From NCBI GenBank assembly GCA_036012755.1, contig DASCPX010000114.1, forward strand, positions 1-16,389: a stretch of DNA of 16,389 bases. The letters are read 5' to 3'. Below the pieces are notes generated by a model. The model was not told where the DNA came from. It was given only the letters and a program-made list of their open reading frames with translations, and ran no database searches. Within the stretch, counting starts at the first letter, position 1. Each line of letters starts with the position of its first letter. The translations under genes and the position numbers were made by a program. This document shows positions 1 to 8,626 of this stretch, one piece after another. This DNA is from Myxococcota bacterium (lineage in GTDB: Bacteria > Myxococcota_A > UBA796 > CAJQPC01).

Positions 1-396
1 CTGGTGCAAGTGGAGTCCATGCAGGCGAACAGCGCATAAGCGAAGGTCTTGTCGGAGCGGTGGGTGATGTCCGTGGCGCTGGTGGCCGCGGAGTCCACTT
101 CCTTGACCTTCGTCGCGCCGGACGGTGTCGAGGGCGGGGTGGTCCCGTCGGCCCTGTGGATCTGGTAGTGGTCCGTTCCGGTCCAGTCATCGGCGCCCGC
201 GTTGTCGCAAGCCGCTGGGGCGGTGCCGCTCCAGTCCACCTTGATGGACTTGGATTCCTGGCCGGGCTTCTGGTCGGTGCTGACACCAGGGTCCCAGCCG
301 GCGCAGGCGGCGGCGTGGGCTTCAGAGGCGCCTGGCAACCCCCCACAGCAAAGCGATCGTGGTGGCGATCTGGACGGTACGACTCGTCGCTGACAT
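1..396 (-). CDS. Secreted protein with a fibronectin type III-like N-terminal region; 5' part only (runs off the left edge); one-base frameshift in the G6 tract at 339-344
   Basis: ATG at 396 follows purine-rich GGAGAGAAGG. Removing one G from the G6 run gives MSATSRTVQIATTIALLWGLPGASEAHA|AACAGWDPGVSTDQKPGQESKSIKVDWSG...DHYQIHRADG...SATDITHRSDKTFAYALFACMDSTCT, open to the edge. It has an AxA signal peptidase site and a W...Y.I.R...D...Y pattern typical of FN3-like domains. Confidence 0.65.
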
Positions 397-515
397 GGTC
401 CTTCTCTCCAAGACTGGCTGCGCCAGTATATGCGCGCAGGCAGGCTCGCTGCGGCGATCTTCCCAGGGAGCCGCCGGCGACCGAAGAGGAGTGGGAGTTG
501 GCCTCCAAGGCCTGA

Positions 516-1595
516 CTACAAGTAGCTCAGCCACCACCACGACTTCGCTCGCTTGAGCCCAGCCCAGAGCTCGCAGATCGGGGCGAGGAGCACCACGACG
601 CCGATGAAGATCCCGTAGATGGTGAGCAGCTCCAGGGGCTGGTCGCCCGGGTACCTCTCGGTCCCGAAGCGGGCGTGGTTGATGCCCCAGGCGACCAGGT
701 GGATGAGGGGGAGGTGGAGCAGGTAGAAGAACATCGGGACGCGGCCGAAGACCTCGAAGCGGCCGGCGAGCCAGCCCTTCCAGCGAGCCAACAGCGGCAA
801 CAGCGCGAGCATCGGGCCGAGGGTCATCAGCTGGAACATCAACGACGGCGGGTACTTGTTCGGGTTCAGAAAATGGGCCAGCGTCATCGTCCAGTCGCCC
901 TGGGCCTGCCAGGGGCTGGAGTCGCCGAAGCCGTTGAGACCACGCAGGGCCAGGAAGCCACAGAACAGCGCGAGGCCCAACAGAGGCAGGTGGCGCCGGT
1001 TCTCCGTCACCAGGTCCGTGGCGCCGTAGCCCATGGCCATCACCGCCGCCCAGGGACCGACCACGTAGACGATGTTGACGGGGACGCCGCCGAGTCGGAT
1101 GCCTGTCGGCCACAACAACAGACCGACGAGCGCACCGCCGTCGGGCACCGGCCCGTGGACAGCCAGCCCGACCGTCGCGAGCACTCCGAGGAAGCCCACG
1201 ACCCTGGGCGGGATCCAGGACAGCGCCGCGAGGATCACCATCGAGCCACCGATGGCCCAGAGCACGCCGAGCTGGACCTGCTGGAAGCTGAAGTACCAGC
1301 TGAAGCTCACCCAGGTGCACTCGAGGAACATCAGCCAAAGTCCCCGAGTCAGGAGGAAACGCCGAGTCGCCGACAGACCCCGCTTGGCGGCGTGCAGCCC
1401 AGCGCCGACCCCGGCGAGGAAGAGGAAGGTCGGGGCACAGAAGTGGGTGATCCAGCGGGTGAAGAAGAAGAGCAGGTTCGTGCGCTCGAGGTCCTCTGGC
1501 GAAAACGGCGCCATGAAACCCCGGACGTGGTCCAGCGCCATGAACACGATGACCAGGCCACGCATCAGGTCGATGGAGGAGTCCCGCTTGCTCAC
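516..1595 (-). CDS. DUF1624 / heparan-alpha-glucosaminide N-acetyltransferase-like integral membrane protein
   Basis: GTG at 1595 overlaps the upstream TGA (GTGA coupling). Motifs SIDLMRGLVIVFMALDHVR, FFTRWITHFCAPTFLFLAG, FLLTRGLWL, KYPPSL and VFGRVPMFFYLLHL; many hydrophobic segments. The first ~356 aa of the listed 715-aa ORF are shadow translation. Confidence 0.85.
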   Translation of the reverse strand: MSKRDSSIDLMRGLVIVFMALDHVRGFMAPFSPEDLERTNLLFFFTRWITHFCAPTFLFLAGVGAGLHAAKRGLSATRRFLLTRGLWLMFLECTWVSFSWYFSFQQVQLGVLWAIGGSMVILAALSWIPPRVVGFLGVLATVGLAVHGPVPDGGALVGLLLWPTGIRLGGVPVNIVYVVGPWAAVMAMGYGATDLVTENRRHLPLLGLALFCGFLALRGLNGFGDSSPWQAQGDWTMTLAHFLNPNKYPPSLMFQLMTLGPMLALLPLLARWKGWLAGRFEVFGRVPMFFYLLHLPLIHLVAWGINHARFGTERYPGDQPLELLTIYGIFIGVVVLLAPICELWAGLKRAKSWWWLSYL

Positions 1596-2494
1596 AGGGC
1601 CGTGCCCTGGCCGGCCAACGGAAGGCGAGCGCTCCACTGGTAGAGATAGGTCGCCATGGCGCAGCTGATGAGCAGGATGCCCGACAGCGCCATCTTCAGG
1701 AGCAGGCTCCGCGCGTCCTCCGGGCCGCCCTCCCCCTTCTCGAGCCAGCTGGCGAAGTGGCGATCGACCAGGAACAAGCCGGGCACGCCGATGAGGCAGG
1801 CCCGCGGGTAGAGGCCGATGGCGGCGCCGAGGGTGCCCCCCAGCGCCGCGAGACCGATGCAGATCCGAGCGGTCCAGAGGGTCACGCGGGGACCGTGGGT
1901 CACGACCAGGGTGCGGTCGCCTCGCGCGGCGTCCTCGTCCCGCTGCCATGCCTGGGCCGCGAAGGTGAGCCCGAGCATCGCCAGCCCGGTGCAGGTGAGG
2001 GTGAAGAGCACGCGAAAGCCGATGTCGGCCCTGGTCACAGCGAGCCCCGCCAAGGGCGTGAGGACGCCGTAGCCGAGCACGTTCACCAGCGGCCCGCCCA
2101 CCGGATGCGCCTTCCAGGCGATCCTGGGGTGGGAGTAGAGCACCGCCAGCAGGACACAGCCGATGGCGCAGAGTCGGGACACGGGATGGGCCGCCATGCT
2201 GGTGGCGAGGCAGCCCAGGAGCGCGACGTAGCCCAGGCTCGCGAGGTAGGGGGGCACGGCGACCACCTCGCCGAACATCACCGGACCCTCGTCCCGGTCC
2301 CGGGCCGCGTTCAGCCACATCGTGCCGAAGTGCAGGAGCACCCAGACCGGCAGGAGCACCGCGAAGTCCTGGGGCCAGGCCAGATCGACCGCCCGCTCCC
2401 AGTGTCCGTAGCCGTAGCCGACGAGGAGCAGGAGCAGGAGCCAGGGCAGCATCCTCGGCCGGCCGAGGGCCCACAGCGCAGTCAGTCTTGACAC
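1592..2494 (-). CDS. UbiA-family intramembrane prenyltransferase
   Basis: RP near the N-terminus, first acidic motif NAARDRDEG, YSHPRIAWK (YS.P...K) motif, second motif QRDEDAARGDRT; multiple transmembrane helices; 300 aa. Confidence 0.85.
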   Translation of the reverse strand: MSRLTALWALGRPRMLPWLLLLLLVGYGYGHWERAVDLAWPQDFAVLLPVWVLLHFGTMWLNAARDRDEGPVMFGEVVAVPPYLASLGYVALLGCLATSMAAHPVSRLCAIGCVLLAVLYSHPRIAWKAHPVGGPLVNVLGYGVLTPLAGLAVTRADIGFRVLFTLTCTGLAMLGLTFAAQAWQRDEDAARGDRTLVVTHGPRVTLWTARICIGLAALGGTLGAAIGLYPRACLIGVPGLFLVDRHFASWLEKGEGGPEDARSLLLKMALSGILLISCAMATYLYQWSARLPLAGQGTAL

Positions 2495-2541
2495 GCCCTT
2501 GGCCTAACGCGCCGAGATGGCTCTTCCCTGGCGGGGAGCAA

Positions 2542-2584
2542 AGTGTATACACTCGACTACGGCGGGGTATACAACTTGTATACC
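2542..2584. promoter_or_regulatory. Operator-like palindromes in the divergent intergenic region
   Basis: Perfect palindrome AGTGTATACACT at 2542-2553 and inverted repeat GGTATACAA-C-TTGTATACC at 2566-2584. GTATAC cores at 2545, 2567 and 2578. AT-rich island in GC-rich DNA between divergent genes. Confidence 0.6.
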
Positions 2585-2616
2585 GGACCGGGCGCCACAA
2601 CCAAGTTGGAGGTCTC

Positions 2617-4092
2617 GTGTCCACTGCTCTGCTGCTGATGTCTGCCTGCTCCCCGGAGAACAACTTCCAGGTCCTCGACTTCCCCTACGTCGAGGGCGAG
2701 GTCCTCGTCGGCCTGGACGACACCCGGGACACGGAGCGCGTGCTGGACCGCACCGGCTACGAGATCATGGAAGAGGAGCCCTCGCTCGGCCTGGTGCGCC
2801 TGGACATCGGAGTCGAAGAGGTCCCCGCCGCCATCGCCCGCCTGGAGAAGGAGCGGATCCTGATCTTCGCGGAGCCGAACTACATCGCGGAGGCGACGGC
2901 AATCCCCGACGACACCTGGTTCGACGAGCAGTGGGGCCTCGAAGAGGTCCGGGCCAGCGACGCATGGGATCTTGGGGGGATGGGAGCCGGCGCGGTGGTC
3001 GCGGTCCTCGACTCCGGGACCTCGGCGACCGGAAAGGACGGCATCCAGAATCTCGTCGACGGCTACGACGCCGTCTACAACGGCAATGAGAACCGCGACG
3101 CCGTGGGCCATGGCACCCACGTCGCCGGCACCGTCGCCCAGACGACGAACAACGGCTACGGCGTGGCGGGGCTGTCCCCCGGGGCGGAGCTGATGCCGGT
3201 CAAGGTCCTTGGGGACTCCGGCTGGGGCAGCAACTACGACATCGCAGAGGGCATCCGATGGGCCGCTGACAACGGCGCCGACGTCATCAACATGAGCCTG
3301 GGCGGCGGAGGCTGGAGCACCTCGATCCACGACGCGGTGGTCTACGCCGACGAAGCCGGTGTGGTCATCGTCGCGGCCTCCGGCAACAGCGGCCGGCGCG
3401 GCACCCTCGACTACCCGGCGCAGTACGACGAGGTGATCAGCGTCGGCGCCACGGACGCCTGGCAGCGAGTGACCAGCTACAGCAACGAGGGGCCCTCTCT
3501 CGACGTCACGGCCCCTGGCGAGGGCATCCTGCAGGAGACCCCCTGGGGTTGGGGGACCTGGGGCGGCACGAGCATGGCGACACCGCACGCCGCCGCCGTC
3601 GCCGCGCTCGTCATCGCGCAGGGCATCGAAGACCCGGCCGAGGTCCGCGAGATCCTCCAGATCACGGCAGAGGACCTCGGCTCGGCAGGCTTCGACCAGG
3701 CCTATGGGCATGGTGTGGTCGACGCATACGCCGCGGTCGCCGAAGCCCAGGATCGCACCGGCGGCGTCGAGGAGGATCCCGGCGAGGTCGAGGAAGAGGA
3801 GGAGCCCGAGGAGGAGCCCGAAGAGGACGCAACGGCGCCGCACATCAGCGGGCTGTGGGTGGATGTCGGCGCCGGGTGGTTCGAGATCCGCTGGGACACG
3901 GACGAGCCAGCCACGAGCGAGGTCGTCTTCGACCCGTGGGGCAGCTACCCCGACGCCGAGCTCACCACCGAGCACGCCCGCGAGTTCAACGCGAGCTGCA
4001 ACGCCCGGTACGAGTTCAAGGTGCGCAGCGAGGACGCCCTCGGCAACGCCGCGGAGACCATCTACTACTACGTGATCACCGACCCCTGCTGA
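2617..4092 (+). CDS. S8 (subtilisin/thermitase-like) serine peptidase, probable lipoprotein, with prodomain, acidic linker and C-terminal FN3-like domain
   Basis: Catalytic motifs VAVLDSG, HGTHVAG and GTSMATPH; oxyanion region AASGN. GGAGGT precedes GTG 2617, giving MSTALLLMSAC (lipobox-like). Prodomain ends AEPNY, followed later by an EEEP linker and a WDTDEPATSEV...Y.F.V.S.D..GN domain. Confidence 0.92.
   Translation: MSTALLLMSACSPENNFQVLDFPYVEGEVLVGLDDTRDTERVLDRTGYEIMEEEPSLGLVRLDIGVEEVPAAIARLEKERILIFAEPNYIAEATAIPDDTWFDEQWGLEEVRASDAWDLGGMGAGAVVAVLDSGTSATGKDGIQNLVDGYDAVYNGNENRDAVGHGTHVAGTVAQTTNNGYGVAGLSPGAELMPVKVLGDSGWGSNYDIAEGIRWAADNGADVINMSLGGGGWSTSIHDAVVYADEAGVVIVAASGNSGRRGTLDYPAQYDEVISVGATDAWQRVTSYSNEGPSLDVTAPGEGILQETPWGWGTWGGTSMATPHAAAVAALVIAQGIEDPAEVREILQITAEDLGSAGFDQAYGHGVVDAYAAVAEAQDRTGGVEEDPGEVEEEEEPEEEPEEDATAPHISGLWVDVGAGWFEIRWDTDEPATSEVVFDPWGSYPDAELTTEHAREFNASCNARYEFKVRSEDALGNAAETIYYYVITDPC
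3799..3822 (+). repeat. 12-bp tandem repeat GAGGAGCCCGAR encoding the Glu/Pro linker of the S8 peptidase
   Basis: GAGGAGCCCGAG GAGGAGCCCGAA within the EEEEEPEEEPEED linker. Confidence 0.6.
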
Positions 4093-4096
4093 GGGA

Positions 4097-4441
4097 TCAG
4101 CGGAGCACGTAGGCGTCGGTGCAGCGGTACCACCCCGGGTCGACCAGCGGGACGCGGCCTCGGTCGCGGAGGCACTCGATCGAGACCTCCTCGCCGATAG
4201 ACAGCTCGAGGATGGCGCGGTCGGTGCCCGTGCCGTGGGTGCCGTCGGCGAGCACGAACTCGTAGAGCACGACGTGTTGGTCCTCGATCATCGAGACGTG
4301 CTCGCTGACTTCGTAGGTGTCGACCTCGGCGACGGTGCCCGAGACCTCGAAGACACCGATGCGATCAGTGATCTGGCCTCGGAACAGAACGAAGAGGATG
4401 CCGGCGACCAGGAAAGCGAAGAAGAGCCAGGAGCGCTTCAC
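4097..4441 (-). CDS. Small membrane-anchored hypothetical protein (114 aa; N-terminal transmembrane helix then a beta-rich domain)
   Basis: GTG at 4441 overlaps the upstream TGA (GTGA). MKRSWLFFAFLVAGILFVLF, then GTVAEV...VLYEFVLADG...G...LSIGEEVSI. The listed 329-aa ORF is over-extended. Confidence 0.65.
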   Translation of the reverse strand: MKRSWLFFAFLVAGILFVLFRGQITDRIGVFEVSGTVAEVDTYEVSEHVSMIEDQHVVLYEFVLADGTHGTGTDRAILELSIGEEVSIECLRDRGRVPLVDPGWYRCTDAYVLR

Positions 4442-4764
4442 TTGGGGCTGGCGCGGTCCGGCACGCGGACCTCTGTGACGCCAGGAGTGTCTGCCAGCGC
4501 GCACAGCTGGGACACCGGAATCCAGCCCTGGGCGAGCCCGCCAGCCCTGAGCTCTTCGTCGAAGCCGCTGGCGGAGCCCTTGGGCTTGTCGAAGTCGCCC
4601 TTGACGACGACCTGGACGCGCTGCTTGTCGTCGACGTCGATGCCCGCGACGTCCTCGCCTGCGTGGAGTCGCTGCAGCGAGCTCGACAAGGCCGAGCAGT
4701 CGCCGGCGACCTCCGACTCTGCGGGCTTGCGACATGAACAGGACACCAGCAGCCAGAGCATCAT
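4438..4764 (-). CDS. Small putative lipoprotein resembling a stand-alone subtilase prodomain (I9-like)
   Basis: MMLWLLVSC start with TACGAT 6 nt upstream. The sequence DDKQRVQVVV...AQGWIPVSQLCALADTPGVTEVRVP resembles the end of S8 prodomains (recognised by eye, not by search). Confidence 0.6.
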   Translation of the reverse strand: MMLWLLVSCSCRKPAESEVAGDCSALSSSLQRLHAGEDVAGIDVDDKQRVQVVVKGDFDKPKGSASGFDEELRAGGLAQGWIPVSQLCALADTPGVTEVRVPDRASPK

Positions 4765-4820
4765 GGGCCCATCGTAGCGTCAGGTTGAAGAGCCGAGCCT
4801 CCGGGTGCGATGATTCGGGC

Positions 4821-5513
4821 GTGCTGGTGACGCTGAACTGGAGCTCTGCCAACAAGACGGTCGACGAACACCTCGCCACCTTGCTGAGCGTCGATGTGCG
4901 CCAGACGGAGCCCGACAGCGGTGATGTACGCCGAGCCCGACGGCGACGGCGACTCGTCGAGGCCGAGGTCCTGGTGGACTGGGTGGCGCTGACGCCGGAG
5001 AAGGGCTGCGACGGACTGGAGCTCCAGCTGCTCTTCCTCGACGCGGAGGGTCGGCTGCTGGACGCCGGTGAGTATCGCGTCAGCAAGGACGGGGGCTACG
5101 GGGGCGGCAGCCGAGTGGAGGTCGAGGACGTCTCGACGTGGAGGCCCCTGCGTCCGCAGCAGCGTGTGGCTGCGCTCGAGGCCTGGATCACGACGATCCA
5201 CAGGGAGGAGGTGGGCATCGAAGAGGCGTGGTGGGGCTTGGCCGGAGCCAAGGTCCCCGGTCGCTACGAAGCGCACGTCGCGGTCCAGGTCACCAGCCCG
5301 GAGTCCGTGCCAGAGGTGGAGCTCTCCATCCGCTGGCTCGACGGCGAGGGCCAGCAGGTCGTGGTCAAGCGCACGTCATCGCTCAGTCCGGGCCTCCAGG
5401 TAATCCACGTTTCCTGGCACTGCCGCGGACCCAAGAAGCTGGACCGCCGGCCCGAGATCCGCTTGTCGGCGCTGCATCGACGGAGCACGCGCGTCGATGG
5501 CAGCCTCGACTGA
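4821..5513 (+). CDS. Hypothetical protein
   Basis: Open frame with GC-rich third positions filling the gap before rpe. GTG 4821 is preferred to ATG 4734 because 4734 overlaps the divergent gene and GATGAT lies 6 nt upstream of 4821. No family recognised. Confidence 0.55.
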   Translation: MLVTLNWSSANKTVDEHLATLLSVDVRQTEPDSGDVRRARRRRRLVEAEVLVDWVALTPEKGCDGLELQLLFLDAEGRLLDAGEYRVSKDGGYGGGSRVEVEDVSTWRPLRPQQRVAALEAWITTIHREEVGIEEAWWGLAGAKVPGRYEAHVAVQVTSPESVPEVELSIRWLDGEGQQVVVKRTSSLSPGLQVIHVSWHCRGPKKLDRRPEIRLSALHRRSTRVDGSLD

Positions 5514-5532
5514 TCCCGAATAGCTCCGCCAC

Positions 5533-6186
5533 ATGCCCATCGTCAGCCCCTCGATTCTCTCCGCGGACTTCGCCCGACTCGGCGAGGAGATCGCGTCGGT
5601 CGCCAGCGCCGACTGGATCCATATCGACGTCATGGACGGCATGTTCGTGCCGAACATCACGATCGGGCCGCTCATCGTGAAGGCCGCCCGGAGCGTCACC
5701 GACAAGCCTCTCGACGTGCACCTGATGATCGTCGACCCCGACCGCTACGTGTCCGACTTCCGCGAGGCGGGAGCTGACTGGATCACGGTCCACGCAGAGG
5801 CCTGCACCCACCTCCACCGCAGCATCCAGCACATCCGCTCGACCGGGGCCAAGGCGGGAGCGGCGCTCAACCCGCACACACCGGAGACCGTGCTGGACTA
5901 CGTGCTCCCGGAGCTGGACCAGGTCCTGGTGATGAGCGTCAACCCGGGCTTCGGCGGCCAGTCGCTGATCGAGGCCGTCTTCCCCAAGATCGAGCGGCTG
6001 CGCAGGCGCATCGACGAGCTCGGGCTCGACACGGTCATCCAGGTCGACGGCGGGGTGAAGGCAGACAACGCCTGGCGCTTCGCAGAGGCCGGAGCCCACG
6101 CGCTGGTCAGCGGCTCCGGCGTCTTCAAGTCAGAGGACCGCGAGGCGGCGATCGCTGGCCTGCGGGCTGCGAGACCGCCTGAGTGA
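5533..6186 (+). CDS. rpe: Ribulose-phosphate 3-epimerase
   Basis: [56 protein letters not shown]; 217 aa. Confidence 0.97.
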   Translation: MPIVSPSILSADFARLGEEIASVASADWIHIDVMDGMFVPNITIGPLIVKAARSVTDKPLDVHLMIVDPDRYVSDFREAGADWITVHAEACTHLHRSIQHIRSTGAKAGAALNPHTPETVLDYVLPELDQVLVMSVNPGFGGQSLIEAVFPKIERLRRRIDELGLDTVIQVDGGVKADNAWRFAEAGAHALVSGSGVFKSEDREAAIAGLRAARPPE

Positions 6187-7532
6187 GCCTGCTGTTCGGA
6201 CTGGCCCTCGCCGGGAGACCCATCCAGGTGGAGCTCGTCGCCAGCGGGCTGGAGGGCACCCCGGTGCTCGGGGGCCAGGTCCTGAGCGACGACGGCCAGG
6301 GGGCTGACCACGTCGCCGGGGACGGTGTCTACACGGCGGTGCTCTCCGGTGCCCTGGGCCCCCAGCAGGAACTGATGGTGGGGGACGAGGTCCTTGGGAC
6401 CGTCCTCCTCGAGCCACCCTCTGGGGATCAGGACCCGGACCTGCGCCTGAGCTGGGATGGCCGAGAGCTCAGCCAGTCCTTCGACGCCGGCGCCGCGGCC
6501 CAGCAGCAGGTTCCGAACGAGTCCCCGGCCCAGGCGCGCCGATCAACCAGGGGGCTGTTGCCGGCAGTCTTGCTCTTCTCCCTGGCCCTGGGCCTGGTGG
6601 TCTTCGCGTGGCGGCGGCGGGAGCGACGGGTTGCCTTCGCCCTGGTCCCCGTCCTGGTCCTGCTGGGGCTGGCGGAGCTCGGCGTCCGCCTCTTCGCCGA
6701 GCGCCCCTCCTTCGCCGCCGGAGGCCCCCTGGGCTGGACCGCGCGCCCGGATCTGGACGAGCTCGAGGTGCCGACCGCGGACGGCCACTTCCTCGTGTCC
6801 ACGAACGAAGACGGGCTACGGACCGAGCTCTCCAGGGAGCGCTCCGAGCGGGACCGCTGGGTGACCTTCGGCGACTCCACGGTCTTTGGCTGGGGTGTGG
6901 CGTCGACGGACAGCCCCGCGGGCACGCTGGAGCGCCTGGTACCGGAGCTGGAGGTGCTCAACGCGGGCCAGCCCGGCTACTCCAGCGAGCAGGCCCGACG
7001 CCTGGCAGATGGGGTGATTCCGGCCTACCGACCCGACCGGGTCATCTGGTTCCATCCCTGGCATGACGTCATCGCCGGGACCCCGGATCGGGATCTGTTG
7101 CCAGCCGATCTCAGCCTGCTGGACAGGCTGCTGGCGACCTCGGCCCTCTGGCAGACCATGCGCCAGCCAGATGCCGGGAACAGCCCGCTGTTCGCCTTCG
7201 AGCCCGACTACGGCGGCACGGACGAGCGCGTGCCAGCCGAGCACAGAGAGGACAACCTGCGACGCCTGGACGCGGCTCGGCGCGCTGTGGACGCGGAGCT
7301 CGTGGTCGCGCTGTTGCCCGTGGCCGGGGGCGGACACGGTCACAGGGGCCTGGCCGCGGAGCTGAAGGCCACCTGCGAGGAGCTGGGGGTGGGCTTCGTG
7401 AACCTCAACGCCGAGGCATCGCCCGCCCCCTGGGAGGACATCACGGTCGTGGGAGACCCGGGCCACCTCGACGCAGAGGGCAACCGCCTCTACATGCTGC
7501 GCCTGCTGGAGGCCCTCGGCGAGTCCCCCTGA
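6183..7532 (+). CDS. Membrane protein: N-terminal choice-of-anchor-X-like domain, two transmembrane helices and an SGNH/GDSL hydrolase domain
   Basis: GTGA overlap with rpe. [19 protein letters not shown] motif; two hydrophobic helices; SGNH blocks [18 protein letters not shown] and [11 protein letters not shown]. Confidence 0.8.
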   Translation: MSLLFGLALAGRPIQVELVASGLEGTPVLGGQVLSDDGQGADHVAGDGVYTAVLSGALGPQQELMVGDEVLGTVLLEPPSGDQDPDLRLSWDGRELSQSFDAGAAAQQQVPNESPAQARRSTRGLLPAVLLFSLALGLVVFAWRRRERRVAFALVPVLVLLGLAELGVRLFAERPSFAAGGPLGWTARPDLDELEVPTADGHFLVSTNEDGLRTELSRERSERDRWVTFGDSTVFGWGVASTDSPAGTLERLVPELEVLNAGQPGYSSEQARRLADGVIPAYRPDRVIWFHPWHDVIAGTPDRDLLPADLSLLDRLLATSALWQTMRQPDAGNSPLFAFEPDYGGTDERVPAEHREDNLRRLDAARRAVDAELVVALLPVAGGGHGHRGLAAELKATCEELGVGFVNLNAEASPAPWEDITVVGDPGHLDAEGNRLYMLRLLEALGESP

Positions 7533-8609
7533 TCAGTCGTAGTAGGGCGCCGGGCCGATGTAGCGACCGTCGGTGAAGCCGATGTAGTCGCTGCCCGGCG
7601 TGAGATCGACGTGGAAGTGGTTATCGTGGACGCTGTTGTAGTTGGGGGTCAGGATGATGTTCCAGTAGTGCTCGTCGTACCAGCGGTAGGCCGACTCGTA
7701 GAGCCAGGCGCCCCCTGCCCCGCTGGGGCTGGAGGTGTCGTGCTCCCAGTCGTCGACGAGGGTGTAGACGGTGCCGTCGTCGAACTCGAAGCCGTAGATG
7801 TCGATGGCGTCGCCGTAGGCGTGGCGGGACAGCGTGTCGGTGTCGGCGATCACGCGGCAGTTGTAGGTGCCGATGTGCATCACCGCCGTGACGCCGTAGA
7901 CCGCCACGTCGTCGATGGTGTCGACCAGGGCGTGGGCCATCTCGCAAGCGGCGAGCACGCGCTCGGTCTCCTCGCCCGTGTAGTAGAGGAGATCGACGCC
8001 GTGGACCGGAGACTTCAGGTAGACCGGATCCTCGACGTGACAGGTCAGGTCCGGGTGGGTCGAGGGGCTCGAGTCCGCTACGGTCGTGGGCTCGAAGGCC
8101 ACCCCCCTGGTCGCGAGATCGAAGTAGCAGCCGGACAGCTCGCCCTCCTGACCGGGCATGCAGGCGAGGATCTCCGTGGAGGGCTCGTTGGCCCTGGCCT
8201 CGACGACGCAGCCGTAGTCATCGCGACAGCCGGACTCGGTGTAGGCGCCGAAGTCGCAGCGCGAGACGCAGCCGCCGTCCCCGATCGGCGCCGAACTCGG
8301 CAGGGCACCGGCCTCGACGCAGAAGGTCAGGGGGTAGCCGTCCTCGTCGGGGCAGAGGCGCTCGCAGTCCATCGAGCACATCCCACCCGGGAAGCCATCG
8401 GTCAGGCAGATGGCCCCATCGTAGGGGCAGTCCTCGACCGTCTCGCAGGGGCTGCCGATCCACCCGAGCAGCGAGTCGTCGGTGTCGCCCGTGTCGCCCG
8501 TGTCGTCGGTGTCGTCTCCGCTGTTGTACCCGGTGTCCGGGTCACGGCGGGGGCGATCGACGAAGCTCTTGGTTCGAAGGTCGGAGCAGGCCAGGGCGAG
8601 GAGCAGCAC
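7533..8609 (-). CDS. Cys-rich lipoprotein with a C-terminal extensin-like domain (LAS/M15-type metallopeptidase motifs)
   Basis: GTG 8609 gives MLLLALAC, followed by a DTG linker and Cys-rich repeats (IGSPCETVEDC...FPGGMCSMDC). C-terminal motifs GTYNCR, LSRHAYGDAIDI and ILTPNYNSVHDNHFHVDL are typical of extensin-like C-terminal domains. Confidence 0.85.
   Translation of the reverse strand: MLLLALACSDLRTKSFVDRPRRDPDTGYNSGDDTDDTGDTGDTDDSLLGWIGSPCETVEDCPYDGAICLTDGFPGGMCSMDCERLCPDEDGYPLTFCVEAGALPSSAPIGDGGCVSRCDFGAYTESGCRDDYGCVVEARANEPSTEILACMPGQEGELSGCYFDLATRGVAFEPTTVADSSPSTHPDLTCHVEDPVYLKSPVHGVDLLYYTGEETERVLAACEMAHALVDTIDDVAVYGVTAVMHIGTYNCRVIADTDTLSRHAYGDAIDIYGFEFDDGTVYTLVDDWEHDTSSPSGAGGAWLYESAYRWYDEHYWNIILTPNYNSVHDNHFHVDLTPGSDYIGFTDGRYIGPAPYYD
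8473..8517 (-). repeat. Imperfect 9-bp tandem repeat (GTGTCGCCC/GTGTCGTCG) encoding the Asp-Thr-Gly linker
   Basis: gtcgtcggtgtcgcccgtgtcgcccgtgtcgtcggtgtcgtc encodes DDTDDTGDTGDTDD. Confidence 0.7.
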
Positions 8610-8626
8610 CCTTGAGCCATACCCCG

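Noticed and set aside
1596..2663. N-terminal extension of the 715-aa ORF as a fusion protein
   Set aside because: It is an Arg/Gly/Pro-rich shadow frame overlapping the UbiA gene; family similarity starts at GTG 1595.
8473..8517. Short tandem repeats as a CRISPR or VNTR system
   Set aside because: The 9-bp units have no spacers and simply encode a low-complexity linker.
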